A DNA stretch of 64,000 nt from Chiloscyllium plagiosum (lineage: Eukaryota). The first letter of the stretch is position 1. Each line of letters opens with the position of its first letter. Shown one piece after another: positions 38,458 to 52,704 of the stretch. Location of the stretch: positions 24,957,199-25,021,198 of the forward strand of contig NC_057718.1 in NCBI RefSeq assembly GCF_004010195.1, written 5' to 3'. The translations under genes were made by a program, and so were the position numbers. The notes below the pieces were generated by a model. That model saw only the letters and a program-made list of their open reading frames with translations, did no database searches and was not told the DNA's origin.

Positions 38458-38639
38458 ATACTTACAATTAAGAAGGAAAACATCTCCAGGAAATGTTTAA
38501 ATCAGTCAGTATTACATTAGCAATAGAAAAGATGTGGAATTGCTACTTAAGTTAGGAATGGAAGAACATCAAAAACAGAAAACCATGTCATAATTAATAG
38601 CTAGCATTTGTTTCAGAAATGAAAATCTTGCTTGGCTAA

Positions 38640-39830
38640 CATTACTGATTTTTTTTGTAGAGTTGACAGAGACTAATCAATAGGATGTAATTTACCTAGA
38701 ATTTATAAAGGCATTTAGTTTATTATATGGTACCTTCTTAATGAATAAGGTTAAAAATATGCAGCTAGAGGACAAGATGCAGAAATGATTAATAGTTGGA
38801 TTCAAGACAAAGAAGATAGTGGGAATAAAGGGTAGTTGTTGACATTAGTCAAGGTTGAATAGTGTAATCCACCTGAATCAGTGCTGGGACAACTGTTGTT
38901 CAAAAATGTCATCAACTATTTGAATCAAAACACAATTTCAATATTTGCAGATAACACAAATTTTAGGGGGAATTAATCAGCACTGAGGCAAGGCGCAACA
39001 AATTACAAGTCCATTAATACATTTGCAAAATTGGCAAATATTTGTCAGCTAAATGTGAGGTGATGCTAGGAATGCTAGTAAGGTCACATTTTATGTGGAA
39101 ACTGTTGGTCCAGGTAGATGGATGAAAAATGATAATGGCCTACATCATAAATAATTATTTGGTAGAATGTGATTGTATGGAACTTTTCTTTTGTAATTTT
39201 AGAAATGCCTACTCATCAGCAACTTAGTGAACATGTTAAAAATGCATAAATTGGTACAGTCAATCAGCAAGATTTCTGACTTTCTGAAGGAATGTAAAGG
39301 CCAAGCCAATAAAGTTCATAATAGAATTAAAAACACTTGTTGTAAAATATAGTGAACTCTGAAGGCATGATACATGGTAAAATCGAAGCCAGGTATGGAA
39401 GGTTTGAGTTATAAAGAAAGGCTGGATAGGCTGGGACTTTTCTCACAGGAGTGTAGGAGATTAAGAGGCGACCCTATGGAAGTTCACAAAATAATGAGAG
39501 GTATAAGTAGAGTTAATGGTTGTTGTATTTTCTCTATAATGGAGATTTCAAAATTAGGGGCAGATTTTTAAGGGGAGAGATTTAAAAAAGACGTGAAGTG
39601 CAAATTTCTTACACAGAGGTTGGTTCGTGTGTGGAACGAACTTCCAAAAGAAGTGGTGGATGTGGGTACAATTACAATGTATAAAAGACATTTGGTTAAG
39701 TACATGAATAGAAAAGGTTTGGAGGGATATGGGCCAGGAGCAGGTAGGTAGGACTAGTTAAATTTGGGATTATGTTTGGCATGGATTGGTTGGGTGAAAG
39801 GGTCTCTGTTTGTGCTGTATGACTCTGTGT
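38640..39830 (+). mobile_element. CR1-like LINE fragments (old RT segment ~38640-39060; 3' end ~39385-39830)
   Basis: FADNT-like RT motif and GLSYKERLDRLGLFSQECRRLRGD. Confidence 0.75.
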
Positions 39831-39890
39831 GCTGAGACTTGATTTTTACTTTGTGTGAATTCCAGGAGGTTGCCATTTGATAATTTATGT

Positions 39891-40026
39891 CAAGATCAGA
39901 GTGGTGCTGGAAAAACACAGCAGGTCAGGCAGCATCCGAGGAGCAGGAAAATCAATGTTTAGGGCAAAAGCCCTTCATCGGGAATGAGCCTTTGATCTCC
40001 TGCATCTACAGTCCTCACTTTCGCCT
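39891..40026. mobile_element. Fold-back Penelope-like pseudo-LTR insertion with mutated hammerhead
   Basis: 16-bp TSD ATTTGA(T/C)AATTTATGT at 39875-39890 and 40027-40042. Same family as 2434-2856. Confidence 0.85.
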
Positions 40027-41082
40027 ATTTGACAATTTATGTTGAGGTCAGCCATTACATATGGTTTGTAAATGCAAGAAACTGAAGAAAAGAAAACCCG
40101 GCAGAGTCGTAAAATAAGTTGCTGAAAGCTGATGACACCATTTTGGCTAGTGATATTCATTATTCATTGCCAAGAAGTTTCTTGGGACTCCACGATCTTT
40201 CCAGAGTCCCAAGATATCGCGATGGCCTGGGTTGGGAGGGTTAAATGTTCATCCTGCTTCTGCTGTGATGCGGAGCTCTGCAGTGCGATTTTCTCAGATC
40301 GCTGCCATCCTGGATCCCTCCCAAATCAAGAGATTTTAAAAGCATTTTGAGTGAACTAAACAATACATTAACAAATAATAATGATGAAATATTGATACAA
40401 TAGTTTTCCTTCATAAATGTTTACAGTGTGAATTTTTCTTGTAAATATTAAGATAAGCATTTCTCGGCAAGAGGAAATTACTTTTGAGGAGAGTAAGTTA
40501 AACCAAAATATTTTATAAGTACATGGAAAAAGAGCAAATTAACCAATCAAAACTTATAGTGGGAAGCCATGTTGGAATAGTATGCATTCTGGAGGATCAA
40601 TGATATGGATTTACAGCTCTATCTTTGATCAGTGTTACTTTTGTGCAAAGCACCTCATTGAGAACATGTGCCATAAATGTATTTCCCTTCATTTTTCCAG
40701 AAATTCCCTTTTGGAAAGCTTTTTAAATGTTTACCAGTCATTGCAAAGGATGTCATTTGTATTTTGTCCTTAAATTAATTTTTAATGTTTCTCACTTACT
40801 TTGTAGAGGCAATAGTTTGTCCTTTCAATGAACAAAATACAAAAGAAAACTCATGCAAAGCATTTTTCACTTACAATATATCTCAGATCAAAATTCATGG
40901 GATTGCAAAGCAAAATTAGAAATGAATGATATCCCTTTATTAACTAATTTAAAATCACTCTGTGTCCTTTCTCAAAGTTTAACTGCATTAGATAACTTTT
41001 AATATCTCATAATTTATATTGTTACTGATGCCTCCCATAGTCTGCAATATGGCTTTCAATTTTGTCAGATTATATTAAGAGA

Positions 41083-41383
41083 TCCAACCGGAACTCTATC
41101 AACAAACACATCGAATTAAACCCTGTCTACCATCCCCTGAGAAAAAGAACAGTAAATAACATCACCACAGGAAATGATGTCATCACAGGAAATGACATCG
41201 CCTACCCAAAGAAACCCAAACATATAAATAGAAAGCAGGAATTCTCAACTGTGCTTCGCCTGGAGGCCCACTGAAGATGTTATCTAGTAGGGTGACGAAA
41301 CGTCGGGAAATGAATCTTCCAGCTCAGCGAGCAAACCTACATACAGAACTCAACCTGAGCTACAAATCTTCTCAAAACTCGCT
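41083..41383 (+). mobile_element. Penelope 3' end / pseudo-LTR with hammerhead motif (41268-41307)
   Basis: SINKHIELNPVYHPLRK matches the end of ORF 12403-12816. Motif CTGAAGA-TGTTATCTAGTAGGGTGAC-GAAACGTC. Confidence 0.85.
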
Positions 41384-41399
41384 ATTGCAATTTATATTA

Positions 41400-42045
41400 G
41401 ATAACTGGTAGACAGCACAATGAAGAAGGCATTTGGTATGCTTGCCTTTACTGTTCAGTGCATGGAGCATAGGAGCTGGGATGTCACGTTACAGTTGTAC
41501 AGGGCATTGGTTAGGCCGCTTTTGGAATACTGCATGCAATTCTGATCTCCCTGCTGTTGGAAGGATGTTGTGAAACTTGAAAGGATTCAGAAACGAGTTA
41601 TAAGCATATTGCCAGATTTGGAGAGTTTGAGCTATAGGGAGAAGCTGAATGGGCTGAGGCTATTTTTCCTAGAGTGTCTGAGGCTGAGAGGTGACCTTAT
41701 AGAAGTTTATAAAATCATGAGGGGCATAGATAGAGTGAATAGCGAAGGTGTTTTCCCCAGGTTAGTGGAGTCCAAAGCAAGAGAGCATAGGTTTAAGGTG
41801 AGAGGGGAAAAATTTTAAAAAGACTGAAAGGACAACTTTTTCATGCAGAGAATGGTGCATGGAATGAACTGCCAGAGGAAGTGTTGGAGGCTGGTACAAT
41901 TACAACATTTAAAAGGCATTTAGATGGGTATATAATAGGAAGGGTTGACGCCAAATGCTGGCAAATGGGACTAGATTAATTTAGGATACCTAGTCAGAAT
42001 GGACAAGTTGGACTGAAGGATCTGTTTCCATGCGCTATGAGTCTA
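41400..42045 (+). mobile_element. CR1-like LINE 3' fragment
   Basis: KLERIQKRV...[18 protein letters not shown]. Confidence 0.9.
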
Positions 42046-42389
42046 TACTACTTAATTGATTTCTGTTATTTATGTGAACAGGCAAATTACTTTTAAAATG
42101 AGAAGAAAAAGGAACAAAAAAGGGAAACTGTAAGATATAATGACATGAAAGGACATTATATCATTAAATTCAAGTATGTGACTACTTGAAACGATACTCA
42201 TAAAAATGTCAGAATTTTAGAATTTCTCCAACAAGAGTGATTAACATCTAGAATAGAATGTTTGTGCAGGAATACCAAGCCATCATTCAAACGGGAACTC
42301 GATTACTTTCTGCACGTGGAAAGCATTATGTTAAAGAACATAGATGGGGTTGGCTTTGCCGAGTTATGTAATCCGCTTACAGTGTCAAG

Positions 42390-43040
42390 GAGTCATAGAG
42401 ATACACAGCATGGAAACAAACTCTTTGGTCCAACTTGTCCATGCCAACCAGATACCTTAAATAAATCTAGTCCCATTTGCCAACATTTCGCCCACATCCC
42501 TCTAAATCCTTCCTATTCATGCACCCATCCTGATGCCTTTTAAATGTTATAATTGCACCAACCTCTAGTACTTCCTCTGGCAGCTCATTCCATACACACA
42601 CCACCCTCTCAGTGAAAATGTTGCCCTCTTAAGTCCCTTTTAAATCTTTTGCCTTAAACCTATGTCCTCCAGTTTTGACTCCCCCATGCCAGGGAAAAGA
42701 TATTGTCTATTTACACTATCCATGCCACTCTTGATTTGATAAACCTCTATCAGGTCACCCTTCAGCATCAGATGTGCTTTGGAAAATAGCCCAGTCTATT
42801 CAGCCTCTCCCTATAGCTCAAATCCTCCAACCTTGGCAACACCCTTTTCTGAACCCTTTCAAGTTTCACAACATCCTTCCAATAGCAGGAGGACCAGAAT
42901 TGCTTGCCATATTCCAATAGTGACCCAACCAATGTCCTGTAGAGTCGCAACATGACCTCCCAACTCCAATGCTGAATGTACTGACCAATAAAGGCAAGCA
43001 TACCAAACATCTTCTTTACTAACTTATCTACCTGTGACTT
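42390..43040 (-). mobile_element. CR1-like LINE 3' fragment (inverted relative to 41400-42045)
   Basis: MLRLYRTLV..LEY..QFWS...KDVVKLERVQKR. Confidence 0.9.
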
Positions 43041-44329
43041 GAAACTTGCTTGATGACCTTAGAGGGTTGGAGATACATTCCCCAGAGTCTTTTTCTAATT
43101 GACTTAGGGGTTTTTCTCTGCTGGTTTCTTCTTTCAGCAAAGAAATTCTATGACTCAGAGGGAGGAGACTAACCGTGTGATGAACAGGCTGAGAAGATTG
43201 CTTAGATAGTTTGTGTCCTTTTTTCTATGTTTGATCATGCATGAACTACTCCACTATTATCAAGATAAAGTAAAAAATATGCCTGAAACACAAAAATCAT
43301 TGTTGAGTGGTTTCCTCCATAAATCTGTTCATTTGACAAGCAGCAAAGAATTTTTGTAAATAAATGAGTTTCTGAAATGGACTAGTTATCTCTTCATAAA
43401 ACAAGTTGATGAATTATTTAATTAGTTTTTGAATCTGTAAGAGGGAGACAAAATATCCAAATGCAAACACATCCAAAGCATTTTATATCTAGGGCTCTGA
43501 ATCACCAGTTGACTATGTTCAATATGATGCAATAATACCACCTATAATTTACAAAATGATTCTCCTGACCTCTTGCCATAAATTTGCTTGAAGTTCTGTA
43601 GGAATATCAAAATAAATATTGTTGTTTCTGTCAATCTTCTTTGCAAACTTTTAGCAGTAGAATGGAAAAATCTGTATTGTAATCTTTAAAAGATTCATTC
43701 GTAGCAAGAAATAGTAACAGGTAGAAAGTTATGTCATACCTACTGATCTGTGAGCCCCATTGTGGACATCAATCCCACTGAGGTGTGTTTACAAAAGCTA
43801 AATCAGTAATGGCTGAAGACGGCAATGATATTAGATAGTATAGAATCTCTGCAGTCAATTTTTGTGGATTCCTAATGTGAAGACCAATATGAACAAATTT
43901 GTGGAATTATTTGATCTCTTGGATTTCAAATGTCTATGAGGCAAGGCAATGAACTCAAAGCATGAAACATCTGGAATGATAACATGAGTATGCAAGTAAC
44001 AGCCACATATGGTTGTGACAGACTGGAGGAGAATTTTCTTTTTTTAACATTATAATTTGTTTTGATTCCCACTTCAACCTGCGTGGAGAAGGGGCTGAAG
44101 AGGCTCTAAGAGGTGGTGAGTCAGAAAAATGCCATCCAAGCTGAAGTCATTTTTGTACTACAGGAATTATACAATTATAACAACACAGATGGAGGCTACT
44201 CAATTCATTCTGCCTTTGCAATCACTTTGAAAGTGCTATCTCGATACTCTCATTCTCCTGTCCTGTCATAAATCAGCAAATTTCTCCTTTCCAAGTGCAT
44301 ATCCAATTTCCTATGAATAGTTACTACCA

Positions 44330-44562
44330 TGAAATAACTCCACCAGGGATGGTATTCCATTACCAAGTCACCCTTGATTTACACTTGGAGAGTCCCTGAC
44401 ACTGATCCCGCCCCATCAGAGCCAGCTCTCAGAGTGGGCAGAATGTCTGACATACTTGTTTATATCTGTCAGCCAAGGCTCCCAGATTGAACCAGGCTAA
44501 CTGCTTGAATGAGGGAACTCTATTCTATGTGGGTCAACCTGGCTAACCTTGCTACAACTGCT
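44330..44562 (-). mobile_element. Solo LTR of the Gypsy family seen at 557-792
   Basis: tgaaataactccac...caagtcaccc...atctgtcagcca.ggctccc is the reverse complement of that LTR. Confidence 0.8.
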
Positions 44563-44804
44563 GAACAGTAACTGTTTCCACTATCTTTTCAGAATTGTGG
44601 CAGGTATGCCACAGGTTGAAAGAGAAGAAACACAGTTTTAATTCCAGGTGGATTTTGGGCAGTGAGCAGCAGAATGTGTTTGAAACTCACCAGATGCCCC
44701 CAACAATCATCCAAGAATTTTTAACTCCTGAAATGGAATGTCTCTTCTCAGTAGAACATCTTTAAATATCATGCATATCTTGAAACCAGATTTTAATTAG
44801 ATGT

Positions 44805-46325
44805 AACTCTGAAGATGGATGAGGGAGATCCAGTAGATGTGGTGTACCTGGACTTTCAGAAAGCTTTTGATAAAGTCCCACACAGGAGGTTAGTGAATAA
44901 AATTAGGGTGCATGGTATTAGGGGCAAAGTACGAGATTGGATTGAAAATTGGTTGGCTGATAGGAAACAAAGGGTAGTGCTAAACGGCTTCATTTCGGAA
45001 TGGCAGGCAGTGACCAGTGGGGTACCTAAATACAGTGAAAAGCTTTGTTTACAAGCAGTACAGGCAGATCAACGACAGCAGTATCTGTAAACAATGACAT
45101 ACAGATTGTAGAGTGGGGGGAAAAAACTTGAGACAGACAGGTTACTTTGAATAGGATGTATGCTAGGCAAGATGAACATTGGCATGATCAGCATTATTTG
45201 ACGTGAGAGAGTCCATTCATCAGTCTAAATTTGTCAGGGAAGAAGCTGTTCCTGGACTTGCTGGTACGTGTTCAAACTTGTGTATTTTCTGCCCTGACGG
45301 AAGATCTTGTAGGAGAGCTTTACCAGGGTGCGATGGGGCTTTGATGATGTTGGTAGCTTCCATGGGTGGAAGGTTGGCTTCTGTGATGGTCTGGGCTGTG
45401 CCCACAACCCTCTGCAGTTTCTTATGGTCCTGGGTAGAGCAGTTGCCGTACCAGGCCGTTATGCATCTGGTCTGTATGCTTTCAATGGTGCATCTGGAGA
45501 AGTTGGCGAGGGTCTTAATGGACATGTCGAATTTCCTGAGCCAGCTGAGGAAGAAGAGGCGTTGTGCCTTCTTGACAATCACATCTACGTGGGAAGTTCA
45601 GGACAGGTTGCTGGTTTTCGTCACTCCTGGGAACTTGTCGCTCTCCACCCTCTCAACCTCAGCTCTGTTGATGTGGATGGAGACGTGTACTCCTCCTTTC
45701 TTCCTGAAGTCAAAGGTCAGTTCTTTAGTTTTGCTGACATTGATTGAGAGGGTGTTCTCAATGCACCCCCATGTCACCAAGCCCTCTATCTCCTTTCTGT
45801 ATTTATTGTGAACAGCTGGGGACCAAGCACTGAGCCTTGTGGTACCCCATAAGTCAAAGTCAGCCATCATGACAATGACCCATTCATTCCTACTCTGTTT
45901 CTGTCAGCCAATCATTAATCTGTGCCAGGACATTACCTCCCATCTCCCAGATGCTTTAATTTTTGAACTAGTCTCTTTTGCTGGGAGCCTTTATCAAAAG
46001 CCTCTTGAAAATCTAAATTTATTACATCCACTGACTCCCCTCTATCAAATACGGGGTAGACCATTTAGGACAGAGATGAGGAGAAACTTCTTCACCCAGA
46101 GAGTGGTGGCTGTGTGGAATGCTCTGCCCCAGAGGGCAGTGGAGGCCCAGTCTCTGGATTCATTTAAGAAAGAGTTGGATAGAGCTCTCAAAGATAGTGG
46201 AATCAAGGGTTATGGAGATAAGGCAGCAAGAGGATACTGATTAGGAATGATCAGCCATGATCATATTGAATGGCGGTGCAGGCTCAAAGAGCTGAATGGC
46301 CTACTCCTGCACCTATTGAATATTG
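44805..46325. mobile_element. LINE mosaic: CR1 RT (+, ~44805-45026), Rex1/Babar (-, ~45027-45810), CR1 RT (-, ~45810-46040), CR1 3' end (+, ~46048-46325)
   Basis: VDVVYLDFQKAFDKVPH; KKAQRLFFL..CTIESI..CITAWYGNCS; RNFFTQRVVAVWNALP. Confidence 0.85.
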
Positions 46326-48430
46326 TCGCAGTTGAAATGATGGAACAAGAAAACGATTTGTCACAAATTACAACCATTAAATTCGCTGAAGCTTACTTGA
46401 ATGTGATGGTCAGGATGAAGAGGCAATTTCTTTTCACATTCAATGGGAGTAGCATCCCTAAATACCTCGTGAATCAGGCGCAAGGAGAACTTGTTGAGAT
46501 TGGCATTTGCAGGAGCATCACTCCAATATCTGGATGATGTACAGAAAGCACTTGAATAATTTTCCAAGTGTACATGAGTGCAAGGATAACCTTTAAACAT
46601 CAGGAAGAAACAAATGATGAACAAACAGCAGTCTACAGAGAAGTCATTGTTTACTAACTCAACTCATATTGTATCCATTATGGAAATTAGATCCTGTACC
46701 AATAAAGGGACAAACAAATTATAGACTGTTCCAGATGTATAATATTTAATAACATATGGGAAGTGATAAAATAGTCCTGAACTTATAAAACCATATATAG
46801 GAAACATGTATATCGCTGCAGAAAATTGTATATGTTATAAACTGCCATTCCTTTATTTTCAGTTGCATTGTGCATTAAAAACTGTTTGGTACAGATTTTC
46901 TATTATATTAGCATTGTTAAATAACTATTCACATGTTAAGCATCTGAAATCCTCCTTCTGTCAAATAATTTTGGTGATAGCAGCAATTTTTTCATTTATA
47001 GACCAATCGCATGATGGTTTATTTAGGTTATTAGAACTGCTGGCATGGAAAGGAGCTGATATCTCGCAGGAATGTTATTACTCCTAAATTGTACTTGTTA
47101 TTTTCTATTCAAGTGTTATAATGCTGATGATATGATATCATGAAGGAAAGCTCATTTAGCTCCAAAACTCTTTTTATTAAGAATTCAAAAATTTATCAAT
47201 TGATCCAAAACCTTATGAATGTTAGATTGTTCTCAAACAACCTGTGTTTAACCAGAATATTGTTTTAAAGCAAAAAGAAAAAAAAGCATACTGCTTAAGA
47301 AATACCTGGGGTAACATTCAGCTAAAAATTCAGAATCAGTTTGCAGCTCTCCCTGGGTTTACATATATTTGAGCTTAAAATAGGTTTTTTTGTTTTCAGT
47401 CTGAAATCACATTAGTTATTAGAAATTGCTTATATTTTATTCTTCTTTACAACTTGTACACTTCTAGGTCAGTTTTCATCAAATGGTTATCCACTAATGT
47501 TATATTCATGCACAAAATAATTTTGTTTTTCTTCATTGGTCACTCTGTGATATATTTAGTAGCCTATTCTCAAACTAATTTTCCATTGTTCAGAGGGTCT
47601 TTGACGTTCTGAATCATCAAATCAATCATTTCTTTTTATCACAATCCAACCCTATCCATTCATTTTGCTTATTATCCCATTTTTTAAACATTCAGTTCCT
47701 TGAAATTACATGCTCTCAGTGTAAACTTGATTCTTCCCAAACTTTTTCCACTTGTACCTCTTTTAGAAACATGAAAACCACTGCAAGCCCTCAGTGAGAA
47801 CTGTTATTATTATAAATTGGTATGCAGATCCCACAACACCCAAATTGTAGCTGACACTTGGGAGCCACTACCCCCATTTTGGGCTGCTTTCGTGCAAACT
47901 ATCACCATGTTGCTTAGGTTGACTTAATCTGTTCTACTCCCATCAACCTTGACAAATCATTTCCTGGATATGAGACATGGTCTAAGTATCCAATAGAGTG
48001 GGCAGTGTGCATGCACAACTTGGAAGAGTTAAATCAGCCAAGTTAGTGAGAGTTACAGGATCCATGACAGGTACTCAGCTGAGTGCATATGGAGAGCTCA
48101 ATGTCTATTTGAGGCCAGCTTTATCAGGCTGCACTGAATGGTAAATCACACAGAATTTCTGATGAAGTGGGGATCGTGTAAACAGCTGAAGGATGTAGAA
48201 TGGATATACTGTAAAGGGATTTTCAGAAGCTTTGCCAAAATGATTTTGAGAAAAAAGCTGGCATATGTTGGGTAACAAAGCAGCTTTGCTAGAAACTTGA
48301 TTGGTGAACAAGAAAGAAACAGGATAGCTGCTTTGATTGAAGGCAGATTGCAAGTGATATGACACAGGGATTAGCATGGAGTTTATTTTTGTTTTTGTAG
48401 GCAGGTTTGAATACACAATAAGTCAACGGA

Positions 48431-48931
48431 GATTGAATTTTGTCCACTCCAATGAGGTCCTGATTCCAGGGCAGAAAATGGAAGCTCTGGCTGCAGCTTA
48501 AGGGACATGGCTCCTCAATGCTGTGGTGCATTTGATGGCTTGCCTATTTTTCCTGTGGAAAACAGGGACCAGGAAGGAAGGCCCTGACTTTGGGCGGGAG
48601 AGGGTTGAGTTAAGGAATAAGGTGGTTTACTGATTTGTGAAGGCAACCATGGATCTTGAGCTCCCATCAAAGTGAGCTTCGCCATAGGAACCCCCTAGAA
48701 GGCCTCTATGATGGGCCCTCTCAACATTTGCAAAGTGTTCATGGTGATGACAAAAGACCTTTAATTCGCCCGTTAAATTGCTGAGTTGATCACATTATGG
48801 GCAGCTGTGCCACAAATATGTGCATCAATGGCAATATATTGTGATAAGAGGAGGTCACTGACAAATCTCCCGGTGCCTTCACTTACTACATTGACAGTCT
48901 TCCAGCCTCAGATGGCGGGGGGAAATTCAAC
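48431..48931. mobile_element. Possible old non-autonomous DNA transposon
   Basis: GC-richer block with imperfect terminal inverted repeats (TTGAATTT / AAATTCAA). Confidence 0.3.
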
Positions 48932-48979
48932 AGGTACAGAAAATATAGGATAAAGGGAATGCAATATATTGTTTCCAAT

Positions 48980-50580
48980 TAGAAACTTAGAAAATAGGAG
49001 GAGGAGGTCACGAGGACTATTGAAACTACTCCGCCATTCAACATGATAATAGCTGATCGTAATTTGACCACTTGACACATTCAGTACTAGATATCTATTT
49101 CTTTCTCAAACATATTCAGAGACTTGGCCCTGACAACCTTGACAGGTAGGGAATTTCACAAGCCCACCATCATTACGGGCAGCACAGTGGCACAGTGGTT
49201 AGCACTGCTGCCTTACAGCACCAGAGACCTGGGTTCAATTCCCAATTCAGGTGACTGACTGTGTAGAGTTTGCACATTCTCCCTGTGTCTGTGTGGGCTT
49301 CCTCCGGGTGCTCCGGTTTCCTCCCACAGTCCAAAAGTGTGCAAGTTAGGTGAATCGGCCATTTTAAATTGCCCATAGTCCTAGGTGAAGGGGTAAATGT
49401 AGGGGAATGGGTCTGCGTGAGTTGTTCTTCGGCGGGTCGGTGTGGACTTGTTGGGCCAAAGGGCCTGTTTCCACACTGTAAGTAATCTAATCTAATCATC
49501 TCAGTGAGGACATTTTTCCTCATCTCAGTCTGATATGGTCTATCATATCCTGAGAATGTGATCCATTGTTCTCCATACCCCTTCAGCAAGTGAAAACATC
49601 TTCCTTGCTGCCAGACTGTGCATCTTCCTCAGAATAAATGTTTAAATAATATCTGCAGTCATTCTTCTAAACTGCAGCAAACACAGGCCCTGTAAATCCA
49701 ATATTTTCTCAAGAGACACACCTGCCATCTAAAGAATAAATCTGGTGAGCTTCTGCAGCACTCTGTCCATGATAATTGCATATTTTTTCAAGTGAGGAGA
49801 CCAAGACTGCACACAACACTCTAGGTGTGATCTCTCCGAGGCACTGTACAGCTGGGTAAGTATTTCTTGCTCTGAGCTCAAACTGTATTGCAATGAAGGC
49901 CGTTTACCCTTCTAACTGCTTGTTGCACCTGCATGTTTGCATCAGTGACTGTGACACCCAGGTCCCTTTGTGAATTAACATTTCCCAATTTATCACCCAA
50001 TTTAAATAATAGTCTTCCACTCTGTTTTTCCGACTGATGTGAACAATTTTATTCTTGTCTACATTATACTGCATCTCCCAAGCATTTATCCACTCACTCA
50101 ACTTGTTTAAATTGCCTTGAAGGTTCTTTTACATCTTCCTCACCACTCATACTCCAACTTAGTTTTGTGTTATCAGCAAACTAGGAAATGTTACTTTTTA
50201 TTCCATTATCCAACCCACTGGTATAAACTGTAAATAGCTGGGGTAAAGCACTCAGCATTGCAGTATCCCACTTGTCACTGCTTTCTACTCTGAATAAGAC
50301 CCATTTATTCCTCCTCTGCTTCCTATCTGCTAACTAATTCTCAATCCAGTCAATATATTATTACCAATCCCAGGTGCTTTGATTTTTGCATAATGATCCC
50401 TTATATGGGTTTTATTAAATCCAAATACACCACATTCACCGGTCTTAACTCATCCTTATTTCTAGTTACGTTGACAAAAAAAATTCCAATCAATTTGTCA
50501 AGCATGATTTCACTTTCATGAGTACATGTTGACTTTATATAATCCGGTTGGTATTTTCTAGGTGTCCTGTTAACAGATCT
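48980..50580 (-). mobile_element. Decayed CR1-like LINE interrupted by an HE1 SINE
   Basis: W...WEMQYNVDK and FADNTK motifs on the minus strand. Confidence 0.8.
49177..49495 (+). mobile_element. Full-length HE1-like (V-SINE type) tRNA-derived SINE
   Basis: A box TGGCACAGTGG, B box GGTTCAATTCC, central gtgtagagtttgcacattctccctgtgtctg domain, (aatct)n tail. Confidence 0.9.
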
Positions 50581-51246
50581 TTAGCTGTTTTCTATTAGAT
50601 CTTTGTACCGCTTCGTTCAGAACCAAAGATGTAATGTTGAGCAAATTAAGTTGACATGAAAATAGGGAAACAAGGAAATGGCAAAACAAGTGTCAATCTT
50701 GCTGTGTTACCAAAGTTGACCATGAAACGTTCTTGAAAATTCAATACTTCTTGTATTGAAAAGTTTTACTGCCATTCCTGGTATCAATGCCAGAGTATAT
50801 ACATCATAATGGCAGCTGAGCTGGCACTACAATGGAGCAATGTAAAATGAAGGGGACAATTTACTGTATGTTATAGTGTTGCACAAAATGTCAGAGGTGG
50901 TGCATATTCCAACAGCTTATGTGGCAAATGCGTTGTATGTATATGAAGAGCATAGAAATATATGAAAGAGAACAGAGAGGCAAGGATGGACTCCAGCTAG
51001 CGAGGGGATTCCACCACAGTCATGGGTTATTTTTAATTTGTGGGGATTGGGCATGGGCAACTAGCCAGTTGGCTCAACACAAGTCCAGGGATCAGCTCTA
51101 TTTCAGTCTGAGCATAGAGGTCGCTCTCAGTCTTATGAATCAACCAAAATCAGACTGGGTTTTGCCAGTCAGTCAGCCGGGGATATCCTGCAAATTCAGT
51201 TTGGGCGATTGCGCCAAGGTCAGTCAGATCTGTCCTGGAAAGTCTG

Positions 51247-51770
51247 TCAGTGGGAGAGGCGATGAAACATGTTCTTCCAGCTCACGCTGAGCTTCGCTGA
51301 AGCATGGCAGCAAGCCTGGGACAGAGATGTTGGCCAGGAATCAAGGTGGTGTGTTGAATTGGCAAGCAAAAGGAAGCTCAGGGTCATTTTTTGCAGACAG
51401 AATGTAGAGGTTCTGTGAAGCGGCCACCCAGTCAATGGTTCATTTCCCTAATGTAGATGAGACCACATTGTGAGCAGTGAGTGCAGTAGACTGGATTGAG
51501 TGAAGTGCGGGTCAAGTGCTGCTTCACCTCGGAGGTGTGTTTGGGCCCTTGGATACCAAGGAAGGAGGAAGTAAATAGATAAGTGTCACATCTTCTATGG
51601 TTGTAGGGGAAGGTGCCGTGGGGCTGTGTGCGATGTTGGGAGTGCAAGAGGAGTAGACCTGGGTGTCCGAGAGGGGATAGTCCTCGCGGAAGGCTGACAA
51701 GGGAGGGGAATATGTGTCTGGTGATGGCATCTTGCTGAAGTTGATGGAAATGGTGGTTAATTATTCTCTG
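51247..51770 (-). mobile_element. Penelope-like (Neptune-type) GIY-YIG fragment
   Basis: NPVYCTHCSQCGLIYIRE, a degenerate GIY-YIG motif. Confidence 0.75.
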
Positions 51771-51884
51771 GCCACCCCTCTGACCTGAAGAAAGTGAGAG
51801 GAGTTAAAAGAGATGCTGTTCAGGAAGAGGATGAACTAGATGCAATGGTCAAGAAGTCATGACAATGCCTTTTCCTCAGGTGAC

Positions 51885-52440
51885 TCAGGAAATTCGGCAT
51901 GTCCATAAGGAACCTCACCAACTTCTACAGATTCACTATAGAAAGCATACTGTCCAGATGCATAATGGCCGGGTGCAGTAACTGCTCTGTCTGGATTAAA
52001 AGAAACTACAGAAGATTGTGAGCCCAGCCCAGAGCATCATGGACACCTGTCTTCTATCCACGGACTCCATTTACATGGCTTGTTCTTGTGGAAAGGCTGA
52101 CAACATCATCAAACACCTATCACATCCCAGTAATGCTCTCCTACAGCCTCTTCTGTCAGGCAGAAGATCCAGAAGCTTGAACAAACACACCAGCAAGTTC
52201 AGGAACAGCTTCTTCCCAGCTGTTATTAGAATGATGATTGGATTCTGTAGCCTCAAATAATGCTGATCTTGCTAATGTTGATCTGGCCTCGTGCACACTC
52301 TGTGCAATGTAACCCGTATGCTTTTGTCTCAGTCTTTTTGATTTGTACATCCTTGCTGACTATGATCTCCCTGTACTGCTCATAAACAAAGCTTTTCACT
52401 GTATTTCAGTACATGTGACAATAAATTAATCAATCAATCT
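51885..52440 (+). mobile_element. Rex1/Babar-like LINE 3' fragment
   Basis: HPSNALLQPLLSGRRSRSLNKHTSKFRNSFFPAVIR; aataaa followed by an (aatc)n tail. Confidence 0.8.
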
Positions 52441-52704
52441 GATGCACTCCATTAGGTCATGAGCAAACTTATCCTGTAAACGTTTAAAGTGTATGACAAT
52501 GTTGGAAGTTTCAAGAGTGCTTATAGTGGTATTCATATATTACTGCCCTACCTCCTTTTGAATGTGCGAGCACCTTGTTAGTGTACATATGGTTAAATAT
52601 GATGAGCAAAAAGGTTATCTAATGACATTGTGGCAAGTTCTCTGCTTGGCATATAATGCTCATCCAATTACATCAGAGATGACTTCTTTTCTCAGTTGGT
52701 AATG

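Noticed and set aside
49177..49250. tRNA gene
   Set aside because: The A/B boxes belong to an HE1-like SINE head. There is no complete cloverleaf, and the SINE body follows.
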